This document shows, piece by piece, positions 24,250 to 37,593 of a stretch of 64,000 nt of DNA (its first letter is position 1; each line of letters opens with the position of its first letter). This DNA comes from Narcine bancroftii. Lineage: Eukaryota. The notes beneath the pieces are model-generated. The model ran no database searches, was not told the DNA's origin, and saw only the letters and a list, made by a program, of their open reading frames with translations. Location of the stretch: positions 92,132,001-92,196,000 of the forward strand of contig NC_091476.1 of assembly GCF_036971445.1 (NCBI RefSeq). Direction: 5' to 3'. A program made the translations under genes and the position numbers.

Positions 24250-26114
24250 CTTTAAAGTCATTGTCAAATGACTGGATGCCAAATGCACTTCACTAAACTA
24301 CAGAACGGGATCACAGAAACACATGTTTTCTTGATTAACACATGCTATTTACAGAAGTGAAAGACAATTACACCATCTTCCTTCCTTCAAGGAAAGTTAC
24401 TCCGAAGAAATGAATCCTCTGAGTGCACAATAGCAGCTGGCGATTGCACATGCTCTCCAACTCCCCCACTGATGCCAATTTGTGTACCTTGTCTAGCCAA
24501 ATGAATCTAGGTGCTATTAGCTTGAAAAAAAAAGCACAATCCACTTGGGATGTATTGTTTGTGAACCTATTAACCCCTTTCACAGGAAGGACACAACCAA
24601 TTAAAAACAAAGGCACATAAATCAACAGTGCACAGTTGGTGCTACATGGTGCCCAGCTGAACTGCGTGGGAGAAGGAACCACTTTTTCCTCCCTTTAAAG
24701 CAGTCTGTTTTTATCAATTTGTTTGACGTTTATAAAAATGACAGATAATGCATTGAACCCATTTTGTTCCATGATGATTGTTCGGCCTCCTTGATAGACG
24801 TAACCAATTAATATTGGAATCCAGCTCTTACCCTATAGCGAGGCATCTGTCCAATGTTACAGAATTGAAGGAAATGTTGGTATTATTCTCTGTACAATGC
24901 CACCCTCCCCGGTCTCTGGGGAAAACCAGAGCAAAACCCATTTCATTCAACCTACTCTTGGGCATCATGGATCAAAGTTCACTGAACCCCCTAAATATAA
25001 ACAAGCAACTCAGGCCAGCATCTAACAAAATAATGAATTGCAGAAAATAGCATATTTTTTTAAAAAGACTGACAATCCTTCTGGGTACAGGGCCCTCCAT
25101 AATGTTTGGGACAAAGACACTTTTTCCTTTTATTTGCCCGTGTTCCACAGTTTTACATTTGTAATCAAACAATTCACATGTAATTAAAGTGTACGTTCCA
25201 GGTTTTATCCAAGATTATTTGTATATATTTTGATTTGACCATGTAAAAGTTACAGCACTTTATATACCTAGTCCCCTTATTTCAGTGAATTATAATGTTT
25301 GGGCATTCCATTGCACAGGTGTTTGTGAGTACTCAGGTAGGTTTAATTGCTTCATTGGTTCTTGCATAAGAGAGCTAGGCTTCCTCCTAAGCATCTAATC
25401 AGCTTTGAAGTCTGCAGTTGTCATTTTTCTACACGAGGACCAGAGATGTTCAAATGAAAGTCAAAGAAGCCATTATGAGGCTGAGAAACAAGAATAAAAT
25501 AGTCAGAGACAATACCCAACCCATAGGATTACCAAAAGCAACAGTTTGAAACATCATTAAGAAGAAAGACCCAACTGGTGAAGTCAATAATTGCAAAGGG
25601 ACTGGTAGACCAAGGAAGATCTCCACTGCTGATGACGGAATAATTCTCATCATAATGAAGAAAAATCCCCAAACGCATGTCCAACAGATCAGAAACACAT
25701 TTCAGGGAGCAAGTGTAGATATGCCAATAACTACTATCTGCAGAGGACTTCGTGAACAGAAATACAGAGGATAGCAAAGGTGGTATACTTTGATTCTTTG
25801 GTGGTTCCTTTATCCCTCCACACTTTGCTCTTGCCATCACTCTGATGCAGCTTAAGCTTGGTCTTTGGTCCACAAAACCTTTTTCCAGAAATCTGCAGGC
25901 TCTTTTAAATACTTCTTGGCAAACTGTGTTCTAGCCATCCTTCCTGTGGCTAACTATTTCTGTTCATGACATCTTCTGTGGACAGTAGTCATTGACACAT
26001 CTTCACCTGCCTCTCGAGGGGTGTTTCTGATCTGTCAGACACACGTTTTGGGGATTTTGCTTCATTATGACGAGAATTCATCTGTCATCGGCAGTGGAGA
26101 TCTTCCTTGGAATA

Positions 26115-26497
26115 CAGGTACACAATCCTTTATCCGGAACCCTTGGACAGTGTGTGCTGAATTTTGGATTTTTCTGTATTTCGGAAAGCCAGAATTAAAC
26201 CCACCCAAATTGTGCTGCCATATCCACCCCCACCCCCACTTCCAGTCGGACTGCCGGTCTCCCCCTCCCCCGCCCGCCCCACTCGCACTGCCAGTCTCCC
26301 CCCTCACCTGCCCGATTCGCACCGCTGGTCTCTCGCCCATCTGACTTGTGCTGCCAGTCTCTCCCCCTCGCCCGCCTGACTTGCGCTGCCGGTCTCTCCC
26401 CCTCGCCCGCCCAAGTCGCGCTGCCGCCTCTCTCCCCACTTGCCGGATTTTCCATCTTTCCGGATTTCAGATGTCTGGATAAAGAATTGTGTACCTG
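26115..26497. mobile_element. Tc1/mariner-superfamily MITE with internal GC-rich minisatellite
   Basis: TA|caggtacacaatcctttatcc...ggataaagaattgtgtacctg|TA, with repeats of about 35 nt (gcgctgccggtctctccccctcgcccgcc) inside. Confidence 0.85.
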
Positions 26498-26581
26498 TAC
26501 CAGACCCTTTGTGATTTCTGAGCTCACCGGTACACTCTTTCTTAATGATATTCCAAACTTTTGATTTTGGTAATCCTAAAA

Positions 26582-26936
26582 CAGTGGTTCTCAATCTTTT
26601 TCTTTCCACTCTCATCCCACTTTAAGTAATCCCTATGCCATAAGTGCTCCGTGATTAGTAAGGGATTACTTAAGGGAAGGTTGAGAATCATTGCTCTAGA
26701 ATCCAATTGTTATTGAAGTATTTTGCTTGAGAAAAAATGTCATTGGCCCATTTCCTTTGGAGTTAAGAAAACGTACACATAACAAATCAATTTGGAATGA
26801 TTAAAACAGTGGTTTTCAAACTTTTTCTTTCCACCCACATCCCACCTTAAGCAATCCCTTACTAATCACAGAGAACCAATGGCATAGGGAATACTTAAAG
26901 TGGTATGTGAGTGAAAAAAAAGGTTAAGAACCACTG
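26582..26936. mobile_element. Composite hAT MITE nested in Tc1
   Basis: cagtggttctcaa...ttaagaaccactg termini and an 8-bp TSD tcctaaaa/tcttaaag. Confidence 0.85.
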
Positions 26937-27219
26937 TCTTAAAGGTTTGACTGCTTCTATTCTTGTTTTTCAGCCACATAATGGCTTATTTGACTTACAT
27001 TGGAACAACTCTGGTCTTAGTATTGATAAATGGCAATTACAAACTCCAAAGGGGATCAAAAACTTAGTAGGAAGCCAAGCTCTCTTATACCTGCAACAAT
27101 TAAGCAATTAAACATACCTGAGTATTAACAAACACCTGTGAAGCCAAATGTCCCAAACGTTATGGTGCCCTGAAATGAGGGGAGAATGTATATAAAATGC
27201 TATAATTTCTATGTGGTCT

Positions 27220-29530
27220 TCCAAAATGACACAAAGATTGGTGGTGTTGTGGACAGTGAGGTAGATTACCATAGATTAAAAGGTGATTTAGGAAGGCTGG
27301 AGGTGTGGGCTGAGAAATGGCTGATGGAATTTAATACAGATAAATGTGAGGTGCTACATTTTGGAAAGGCAAATTTAAGTAGGTCATATACATTGAATGG
27401 TAGACAATTGAGGAGTGCAGAGCAACTAAGGGATTTAGGAGTTATGGTAAATAGTACCCTCAAGGCTGATACTCAGGTAGATGGTGTGGTGAAGAAGGCA
27501 TTTGGAATGTTGGCCTTCATAAATCGGAGTATTGAATTCAAGAGTAGGGAGGTTATGATGAAATTGTACAAGGCATTGGTGAGGCCAAATTTGGAGTACT
27601 GTGTACAGTTTTGGTCACCAAATTCTTCTTCTTTCTTTGGCGTGGCTTCGCGGACGAAGATTTATGGAGGAGGTAAATGTCCACGTCAGCTGCAGGCTCG
27701 TTTGTGGCTGACAAGTCCGATGCGGGACAGGCAGACACGGTTGCAGCGGTTGCAGGGGAAAATTGGTTGGTTGGGGTTGGGTGTTGGGTTTTTCCTCCTT
27801 TGCCTTTTGTCATTGAGGTGGGCTCTGCGGTCTTCTTCAAAGGAGGTTGCAGCCCGCCAAACTGTGAGGCGCAAGATGCACGGTTTGAGGCGATATCAGC
27901 CCCACTGGCGGTGGTCAATGTGGCAGGCACCAAGAGATTTCTTTAGGCAGTCCTTGTACCTTTTCTTTGGTGCACCTCTGTCACGGTGGCCAGTGGAGAG
28001 CTCGCCATATAACACGATCTTGGGAAGGCGATGGTCCTCCATTCTGGAGACGTGACCCATCCAGCGCAGCTGGATCTTCAGCAGCGTGGACTCGATGCTG
28101 TCGACCTCTGCCATCTCGAGTACTTTGACGTTAGGGATGAAAGCGCTCCAATGAATGTTGAGGATGGAGCGGAGACAACGCTGGTGGAAGCGTTCTAGGA
28201 GCCGTAGGTGATGCCGGTAGAGGACCCATGATTCGGAGCCGAACAGGAGTGTGGGTATGACAACGGCTCTGTATACGCTTATCTTTGTGAGGTTTTTTCA
28301 GTTGGTTGTTTTTCCAGATTCTTTTGTGTAGTCTTCCAAAGGCGCTATTTTCCTCGGCGAGTCTGTTGTCTATCTTGTTGTCGATCCTTGCATCTGATGA
28401 AATGGTGCAGCCGAGATAGGTAAACTGGTTGACCGTTTTGAGTTTTGTGTGCCCGATGGAGATGTGGGGGGGCTGGTAGTCATGGTGGGGAGCTGGCTGA
28501 TGGAGGACCTCCATTTTCTTCAGGCTGACTTCCAGGCCAAACATTTTGGCGGTTTCTGCAAAACAGGACGACAAGCGCTGAAGAGCTGGCTCTGAATGGG
28601 CAACTAAAGCGGCATCATCTGCAAAGAGTAGTTCACGGACAAGTTTCTCTTGTGTCTTTGTGTGAGCTTGCAGGCGCCTCAGATTGAAGAGACTGCCATC
28701 CGTGCGGTACCGGATGTAAACAGCGTCTTCATTGTTGAGGTCTTTCATGGCTTGGTTCAGCATCATGCTGAAGAAGATTGAAAAGAGGGTTGGTGCGAGA
28801 ACACAGCCTTGCTTCATGCCATTGTTAATGGAGAAGGGTTCAGAGAGCTCATTGCTGTATCTGACCCGACCTTGTTGGTTTTCGTGCAGTTGGATAATCA
28901 AGTTAAGGAACTTTGGGGGGCATCTGATGCGCTCTAGTATTTGCCAAAGCCCTTTCCTGCTCACGGTGTCGAAGGCCTTCACCTTCACCAAGTTATAGGA
29001 AAGATATATAACAAAATAGAGAGAATGCAGAGAAGGTTCACGAGAATGTTGACAGGATTTCAGGGTCTGAGTTACAGGGAAAGGTTGTGCAGACTGGGGC
29101 TTTTTTCTCTGGAGCGTAGAAGATTGAGAGGGGACTTGATAGAGGTGTTTAAGATTTTAAAGGGACAGAGTAAATGTGGATAGGCTTTTTCAATTAAGAA
29201 AGGGGGAGATTCAAACTAGAGGACATGGTTTAAGATTGAAGGGGGAAAATTATAAGGGGAACATGAGGGGAAATTTCTTTACGCAGAGGGTGGTGGGGAT
29301 GTGGAATGAGCTTCCGGCAGATGTGGTCAAGGCGGGATCATTGGTTACATTTAAGGAAAGACTGGATCGTTACATGGATAGGAGGGGACTAAAGGGGTAT
29401 GGACCGGGTGCTGGTCAGTGGGACTAGGAGGGTGGGGATTTGCTACGGCATGGACTAGTAGGGCCGAACTGGCCTGTTCTGTGCTGTAAGTGGTTGTATG
29501 TTTATATATGTTTCTATGGTTATATGATTA
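27220..29530 (+). mobile_element. CR1 LINE 3' portion, split by an RTE and inserted in the Tc1 right terminal repeat
   Basis: DTKIGG...LVRPNLEYCVQFWSP continues after 28985 as YRKDI...SLERRRLRGDLIE. Confidence 0.9.
27625..28984 (-). mobile_element. RTE LINE, 1.36-kb 5'-truncated copy (RT core to 3' tail)
   Basis: KAFDTV, KQGCVLAP, LLFADD and FTYLG motifs. TSD tcaccaaatt/tcaccaagtt at 27615-27624 and 28985-28994. Confidence 0.93.
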
Positions 29531-30037
29531 TATGTATACAAATAACCTTGAATAACATCTGGAATGTGCACTTTAATTGCATGCAAATAGTTTGATTACA
29601 AATTTTAAACTATGGAGTACAGGGGCAAATAAAGGAAGAAAAAGTGTTTTTCCTAAACATTATGGAGGGCCCTGTATATTCAAAAGGTTTTCATCATAAC
29701 ATTTGGTTTTTATAATTTGGACTGAGGCTCTTGTTGGCTCTGTTGTTGGACGTTAGTCATGACTCCGGTCGAGGTAGGAATTAGATGTTCCCCATCACCA
29801 TAAATAATAGATGTTTCCATCAAAATTCTCATATTCATTGCAATTGTTTTTTTTTTCAAACTTCATTTAAAGGATAGAAAAAAACTTGACATATACTATA
29901 GTAATAATCAAAAAAAGATTTTACAAAGATGTATATAAAAAAACCAAAACAAATAACAATTTTTAAAAAAAATAAATAAATAAACACCCACCCCACCCTT
30001 TCAGCCAGCTCACTTAAGGAGAGCAAAAAATATATAG

Positions 30038-30039
<2 letters not shown>

Positions 30040-30083
<44 letters not shown>
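30040..30083. repeat. (TA)n microsatellite in the L1 3' UTR
   Basis: Read directly from the sequence. Confidence 0.95.
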
Positions 30084-30086
<3 letters not shown>

Positions 30087-31534
30087 AGAAAATATTATAA
30101 ATGTTAATAACATTTCAAAGTATATCTAAATGCATATATTTCAAATACGGAGACCACTTACTAACAAAAGATAATTATCATGTAAATTATAAGTAATTTT
30201 TTCATGACGATACATACTTTCAATTCATTGTGCCAGCGTAATATATTAATCTCATTATCATCTTTCCAAGTACTAGCAACACATTTATGCACTACTGATT
30301 ACACCAATTGTACAAAAGCAATTTGAATTTTGTCCAATCCCATTCCCCTTAACGAATACAAATTTCCCAACAAAAAAGTCGTTGGATCTAATGGTAATAT
30401 AAAATTATATAATTTTTCCAAAACTACTTTAATTCCTTGCCAAAATGATTAAAATTTAACACAGGACCAAACAGCATGTAGAAAAGTTCCAATACATGAG
30501 TCACATCTAAAACAAGAATCTGAATTACTAAACCCATATATTTTTTTAACTTTTTTGGGGTCAAATATAATTGATGTAAAAAATTATAATTAACCATTCC
30601 ATATCTTACATTAGTCAATTTAATTACATTGTCCTGACACAGAGTTGCCCAATCATCTTAGGGAAAAATAAATACTAAATCACTCTACCATTTAAGTTTA
30701 GATTTCTCCCAATCTGACTTATCCATACTATCTTGTAACAAATTATACATAACTGAAATATAACCCTTTTTCGGAATAGAGGAAATCAAAGATTCAAATC
30801 TCGATAAAGTAGGTAAATTAATCTGTCTATCATAATTATCTTTTATCAAAGCTCTAAGTTGATAATACACAAACAAAGAATTTACAGATATATCAAATCT
30901 TTCTCTCAACTGTTTTTTTAAAATCTATCCAAATCTTTAACAAATGTTTCAATATCGACATATCATATTGCTGTAATAAAATCAAATTCAAACGAAATAT
31001 AAATTCATGTATCTCAACCCTAGAAATACACACCATCTCCACTTTAGCCCAGCTAGGAGGCTGATCTAAATCCATCAATTTATTAACAAACTTCAACTGG
31101 GCCGTTTCTTGATAATTTTGAAAATGTAGTCCGCCCAATACATACTTCCATGTAGGTCTATGCAATGCCACTCAAGCTAATTTACCTCTCCATAAAAAAT
31201 CTCACACTGCTTTATTCAAATCTTGAAAAAACCCTTTGGAAGTAAACAAGGTATTGACTGAAATGAATATTGATTTTGAGAAAAATTATTCATTTTAATA
31301 CATTTAACCCGACCAATTAAAGTTAATGGAAGATCTTTCTACTTAATCAAATCTGCTTTAATCTATCTTAATATAGGCACATAATTTAATTGATATAATA
31401 TTTGATAATTAGTATAATAAACACACCTAAATATTTAATTTTACTTGCCCACCTTAATATTGTAATAGTTTTAAATTCAGAATAATCTCCCACTCCAACT
31501 GGTAAAATTTCACTTTTATCCCAATTAACTTTAT

Positions 31535-32857
31535 AGGAACATAGGAACATAGGAAGTAGGAACAGGAGTAGGCCAAAAATGGCTGATCGAGCCTGCTCTG
31601 CCATTCAATACGATCATGGCTAATCTAATTTATGACCTAACTCCACCTACCTGCCTTCTCCCCATATCCCCTAATTCCTCTATCATGTAAAAATTTATCT
31701 AACCAAATTTTAAATATGTTTAATGAGGCAGCCTCAACCACCTCCCTGGTTAGGGAATTCCAAACATTCGCTACTCTCTGGGAAAAACTATTTTTCCTCA
31801 TCTCTGTCCTAAATCTACTCCCCTGAATCTTGAGACTATGTCCTCTCATTTTAGTTTCCCCGGCCACCTCAAAAAACCTTCCTACATCTATCCTATCCAT
31901 ACCCTTCATAATCCTATATGTTTCTATTAGATCTCCTCTCATTCTTCTGAACTCGAGCGAATACAATCCTAGACGATTTAATCTTTCATCATAAGTCAAC
32001 CCCTTCATCCCAGGGATCAACCTAGTAAACCTCCTCTGGACTGTCTCCAAAGTATATCCTTCCTCAAATATGGAGACCAGAACTGGACACAGTACTCCAG
32101 GTGCGGTCTCACCAGTACCTTATACAGTTGCAACATTACCTCCCTACTCCTGAATTCAATTCCTCTAGCGATGAAGGCCAACATTCCATTTGCCTTCTTA
32201 ATAACTTGCTGCACCTGCAACCTAACTTTTTGCGATTCATGCACAAGCACTCCCAAGTCCCTCTGCACAACAGCATGCTGTAGTTTTTCACCCTTTAAAT
32301 AATATTCAGCTCTTTTATTTTTCTTACCAAAGTGGATAACCTCACACTTACTAACATTGTACTCCAACTGCCAGACCTTTGCCCACTCATCCAGCTTAAC
32401 TATATCCCTCTGCAGACTCTCCACATCCTCATTACAATTTGCTCTTCCACTCAATTTGGTGTCATCCCCAAACTTGGCTACACCAGATTTTGTCCCCTCC
32501 TCCAAGTCATCAATGTAAATGATGAACAGTTGTGGCCTAACACTGACCCCTGCGGCACCCCACTTACCACTCTCTGCCAACCTGAAAAACTTCCATTTAT
32601 CCCGACTCTCTGCCTCCTGTCAGACAACCAATTTTCAATACAGGCCAATATACTTCCCCAGACTCCACTTTTCCTGTAACTTACTGATATGTCTCTTGTG
32701 CAGCACCTTATCAAACGCTTTCTGGAAATCCAAATATACAACATCAACCTGTTCCCCTCTATCCACCGCACCCATTATATCCTCAAAGAATCCTAACAAG
32801 TTTGTCAAACAAGATCTTCCCTTTCTAAAACCATGCTGTGTCTGCCTGATTGAACCC
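31535..32857 (-). mobile_element. CR1 LINE nested in L1 ORF2
   Basis: QHGFRKGRSCLTNL, YLDFQKAFDKV and RPHLEYCVQFWSP, with a (gttcctat)n octamer tail. Confidence 0.92.
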
Positions 32858-33297
32858 TTATATCCCAGTAATTCTCCAAATTTCGACAAACACTCTTGCA
32901 ATTGTTTCAACAATCGTTCCGGTTCCGTCAAGCATGCCACCACATCATCCACAAATAAGTTAATTTTATATTCTTCATCCCTCTAATTTCTTCATTTTGC
33001 CTAATAGCCTGAGCTAACATTTCAATAGCCAATGCAAATAAAGCTGGTGACAATGGGCAGCCCTGTCGAGTTGAATGAGTCAATTTAAATGGTAAAGAAA
33101 TCTGTCCATTTGTCACCACCCTAGCAGTCGGGTTTGTATATAAAGCCTTAACCCAACCAATAAAAAAAGGGCTGAATTTAAATTTCTCTAATACTTTAAA
33201 TAAAAAACCCACTCAACCCTATCAAAAGCTTTTTCTGCATCTAATGCATCTAATGGAGGTTAGGTTGCTTTCGGTATGCATTGACCAAAGTAATTAA

Positions 33298-33974
33298 GGT
33301 AGAAACTCACGTGAATAGGGTGGTGAAGAAGGCTTTTAGTATGCTGGCCTTTATCAATCATTGCATGGAATATAGGAGTTGGGAGGTGATGTTGAGACTG
33401 TATAAGACGTTGTTGCGGCCTAATTTGGAGTTCTGTGTGCAGTTCTGGTCGCCTATTTATAGGAAGGATATAAACAGAGTGGAGAGAGTGTAGAGAAGGT
33501 TTACCAGAATGTTACCTGGGTTTAAGCATCTAGAGTATAGGGAGAGATTGGACAGATTAGGTCTTTATTCTTTGGAGCGTAGAAGGTTGAGAGGGGATTT
33601 GATAGAAGTACTTAAGATAATGAAAGGGATAGACAGAGTGGATGTGGATAGACTGTTTCCGTTAAGAGGAGGAAAGATTAAAACAAGAGGACATGAGTTA
33701 AGAATTAAGGAGCAGAGGTTTAGAGGTAACATGAGGGGGAACTTCTTTACTCAGAGCGTGGTAGACGTGTGGAATGAGCTTCCGGGAGAAATAGTGGCGG
33801 CGGAGTCAATTGTATTATTTAAGAAAAGGTTGGACAGATATATGGATGAGAAGAAGATGGAGGGTTATGGGCATTGTGCAGGGAGGTGGGACTAGAGAGG
33901 GGTGTTTGGTTCGGTGCGGACTAGAAGGGCCTAATGGCCTGTTTCAGTGCTGTAAATTGTTATGTTATGTTATT
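33298..33974 (+). mobile_element. CR1 LINE 3' end nested in L1 ORF2
   Basis: LYSLERRRLRGDLIE and FFTQSVVDVWNELP, with a (tgtta)n tail. Confidence 0.9.
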
Positions 33975-35954
33975 ATGAAATATATTGTCTGATGCATTTC
34001 TATTCTTAATAAAACCTGTTTGATCAACATGTACCAATTTGGGTAAATACTTAGCAAGTCTATTAGCTAATACTTTTGCTATAATTTTATAATCTACATT
34101 TAATAAAGAAATAGGTCTATATGAAGATACTTTTAATGGATCTCTATCTTTTTTTGGAATAACAGTTATTAAACCACTTGAACATGATTCTGGTAACTTC
34201 TGATCTTCAGTAAATCGATTCAACACTTCTCCAAATACATTAGAGAAATCATCATAAAAAAGCTTATAAAATTCCACAAGGAATCCATCATCCCCTGGGG
34301 ACTTTCCATTAGGCATTTCCTGAATAGCTTCCTTAATTTCAAAATCCGTAAATGGAGATTCCAATTCCCGAACATCATTCCCATCTAATACCAGTAACTT
34401 TAATTTAGATAAGTAAGAATCAATAGAACCATTATCCTGTTTCCCCTCAGAAGTATATAATTTTAGATAAAATGAATAAAACTGGTCGTTAATTTCCTGA
34501 GGTTTATAAGTAACTTTTGAATTCTTGTTAACAGCATTAATAGTCCGAGATGCCTGTTCAGCTTTCAATTGCCAAGCAAGGACCTTATGAGCTCTTTCCC
34601 CCAACTCATAATAATGTTGCTTAGATCGATTAATTAAGCATTCAAACTCAAACTGTTAAGTTTATAAAGTATAATGTAATTTCAACCTCGCTAATGCGGC
34701 TTTTTGATCTTCTGTTACACCTTTCTGAAAATCTTTCTCTAACTCAGCAATCTGATTTTCTAACTCTAAACTTTCTGCCATATATTGTTTCTTGACTTTT
34801 GTAGAATAACTAATAATCTTCCCCCTCAAATAAGCTTTTAAAGTGTCCCATATTAAAAAATGACTATCCACAGAATTAACATTCTCGGTCAAAGATAAAG
34901 AGATATGCTCTTTAACAAAAGTAACAAACTCTGTTTTTTTCAATAACATTGCATTAAACATCCATCTAAACGATGGACGTACTACCTCCGAAATTTCACA
35001 AGAAAAAAGTAATAATGAATGATCTGATATAACTTTTATACTTTCTGATACTACTTTTATATTCAGCTCGTAATACTCTACCTTGTAAATGTGCTGATAC
35101 CAAAAATAAATCAATTCTAGAAAACGAGTCATGTTGTGAAGAGTAAAAAGAAAAATCTTCCAAGTTTAAATCTTTCATTAACGCATGAATTTGTGTTTTT
35201 ATCTTTAATTTCCTTATAATTTTTGGATTTCTGTCCAATAAGGGGTCCATAAAAATTAAAATCACCACCAACTAAGACATTTTCATTAGTTTGATTAACA
35301 GTAATAAAGCTTCTGAAATAAACCGCTCATCATCTATATTAAGGGTATAAAGATTCAGCAAAGTGCAAGATTTAGCAAGAATTTCACAGCTCACTCTTAA
35401 TACTCTGCCAGCATACCCCTCTGAAGATTCCAATTCAAATGGTAAAATTTTATGAATCAAAATTGCTACTCCTCTTGCCTTAGAGTTAAAAGAAGAAGAA
35501 AAAACATGACCAACCCAATCTCTTTTCAATTTCAAATGTTCTTTTTCAGTCAGATGTGTTTCTTGTAAAACAGCAATGTAAATTTTCATTTTTTTAAATA
35601 TGCCAATATTCTCTTTCTCTTAATTGGATTATTTAATCCCTGAACATTAAAAGTTGCAAAATTCAATTTAGACATCTTTTTAACTACTAATATATTTACA
35701 CACTATAAAATAATGCTCCCCTCTATAATTCTTCAAAAAAAGGAAAAGAAAATAAAATCCCTCAAAACAAAACAATTTATAAAAACACAGAATCACAAAA
35801 AAAACCACCCAAACATAGTAATACCCTAAAAATCTGGCCTTGGTAAACCCACTAGTGGCAGATGACTATCAAAGTGTTCAGTGTCATCCACCCCTCCCCC
35901 AGCCAAATACATATTTATTATTTATTTAAACACAATCAAATATAGTCCATATAT

Positions 35955-37593
35955 TCAATCCAATGATTCCAAGCCCAACAACTGCTCTGGATCTTCAACA
36001 TCATGAAGACTTGGTGTCAACTCTTCTTGCTTTCCATTCTTTCCCTACTTTCCATTCTTACCATACCTATGTCCATTTCCATTTCCATTTACCCTCCGCT
36101 TAGGAGACAACGGGGGAAGAACATCTATTTCTTCACAGTTCCGGAAAAGAATTAGCAAAAACCAAAGCATCATAATCGTTCTCAAAGAATTGAGATTGAA
36201 AATTTCCATTAGAAACCTTCAAAATTGCAGGAAAATGAAAAGCAAACTTGTAGCCATTTCGCCACACAACATCTTTAGCCATATTAAATTCTTGTCGTCT
36301 TCTAATAACCTCTTGGCTGAAATCGGCCTAAAAAAACACTGTTATTTTGAACCATTAATGGAGACTGACTCTGCCGTGCTTTCTGTACCGCAATACGTAG
36401 AATAATTTCTCTGTCTTGGTATTTTAAACAACAAACCAAGACTGCCCTCGGTGTTTGTCTTGGAAGTGGTTTTCTTCTCAGAACTCTATGAGCCCGATCC
36501 AATTCCAAGCCTTCAGGCTCTTTACCCAGCACCTCTGGGATCCAATGCTTTAAAAAATTTATAGGATCGGAACCTTCAATGTCTTCTGATAGACCAACTA
36601 TTTTCACATTATTCCTTTGGTTTTGATTTTCCAACGAATCAATTTTCTTCAATAAATCTCTTTTCTGAATCCCCCAATCGATAAAAGAAACTTCCACTTT
36701 TTCCATTTTTTCTCTATTACATTCCACCCGATTTTTGACCCGATTTTTGACCCGATTTTTGACCCGATTTTTCAATTTTCTTAACATTATCTTGCACAGT
36801 ATCGACAGATTTTATACATCTATTATTATCACTCTTAACTACAGTCATATTCTGTTTCATAGTTGACATTTCATCAAACAAGGTATTCATTTTTATTTTC
36901 ATCTCCATAAATCCTTGATTCATCTGAGTTGATATTTGTTTTGACATATTGTCCATTTGACAAGCAATCCCTTCCAAAACAGTGAACTCTGAATCCATTT
37001 CAGATTCTATCTCCACTTTTTGAGGTCTACCTCCTCTAACTACAGGCTCCTCTCCTGGACAAATTCCAATAAGGTAAGTTACTCTTCTTCCTCAGTCATC
37101 GTAAATCCTTTAGGTGAATGGCTGCGGTCTGGACACCCGATGCCGGCACTCCGACCTCTTCGGGATGTTGGCGTTTGGGCTCCCCCACAGCTCATACTTT
37201 GTCCAGCAATTCTCAAACCTGGGATGCCCCACACAAGCCAGGCAAAGCCACCAGATGCGGAGGAGTGTCCTCTGACGCTACACTGCATGTCCCCGGGCTG
37301 CCCAGCAAGGTTGTGGGTTTGCGGGTCCCTTTGTCGGCCATGCCGCCCGCGTGCATGGCTTCATGGGAACGTGAGTTGGCAACGGCCAAACCCACCAAAG
37401 TGTGGGCGCCATCTTGCGGAGGCAGGATCGGCGCCGAGGTCAAACCCGAACGGGCTGGAGTCCTCTGAGGCTTGGAGGCTCCCAACGATGATTCCATGGA
37501 TTCAGCTATGCCGATGGGCCTCAGTTCTTCTGCACTTTTGTATGGCAATGTTTTCTGAAGTTGAGGTTTAGATTTTTTCACATTAGTTGCCAT
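35955..37593 (-). pseudogene. L1 ORF1 (coiled coil, RRM and C-terminal domain), frameshifted
   Basis: LENQNQRNNVKIVGL.E and LELDRAHR motifs across the ORF fragments 37213-37593, 36717-37016 and 36302-36787. Confidence 0.85.

Larger units (their letters stand above)
25088..29674. mobile_element. Tc1-family foldback element (two inverted 5' halves) with nested insertions
   Basis: TA|cagggccctccataatgttt...aaacattatggagggccctg|TA, with long IR/DR-type ends. Transposase N-terminal remnants (paired-like HTH, GRPRK) lie on the plus strand at 25450-25770 and on the minus strand at 25780-27000. Confidence 0.88.
30115..35675 (-). pseudogene. L1 ORF2 (APE endonuclease and reverse transcriptase), disrupted
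   Basis: MSKLNFATFNVQGLN start, then LQETHL, SRID, SDH, KSPGDDG, YRPISLLNVDYK and TRQGCPLSP. Confidence 0.9.

Noticed and set aside
27186-28055. 289-aa ORF as a novel gene
   Set aside because: It is a chimera of CR1 RT sequence reading into the antisense strand of the nested RTE.
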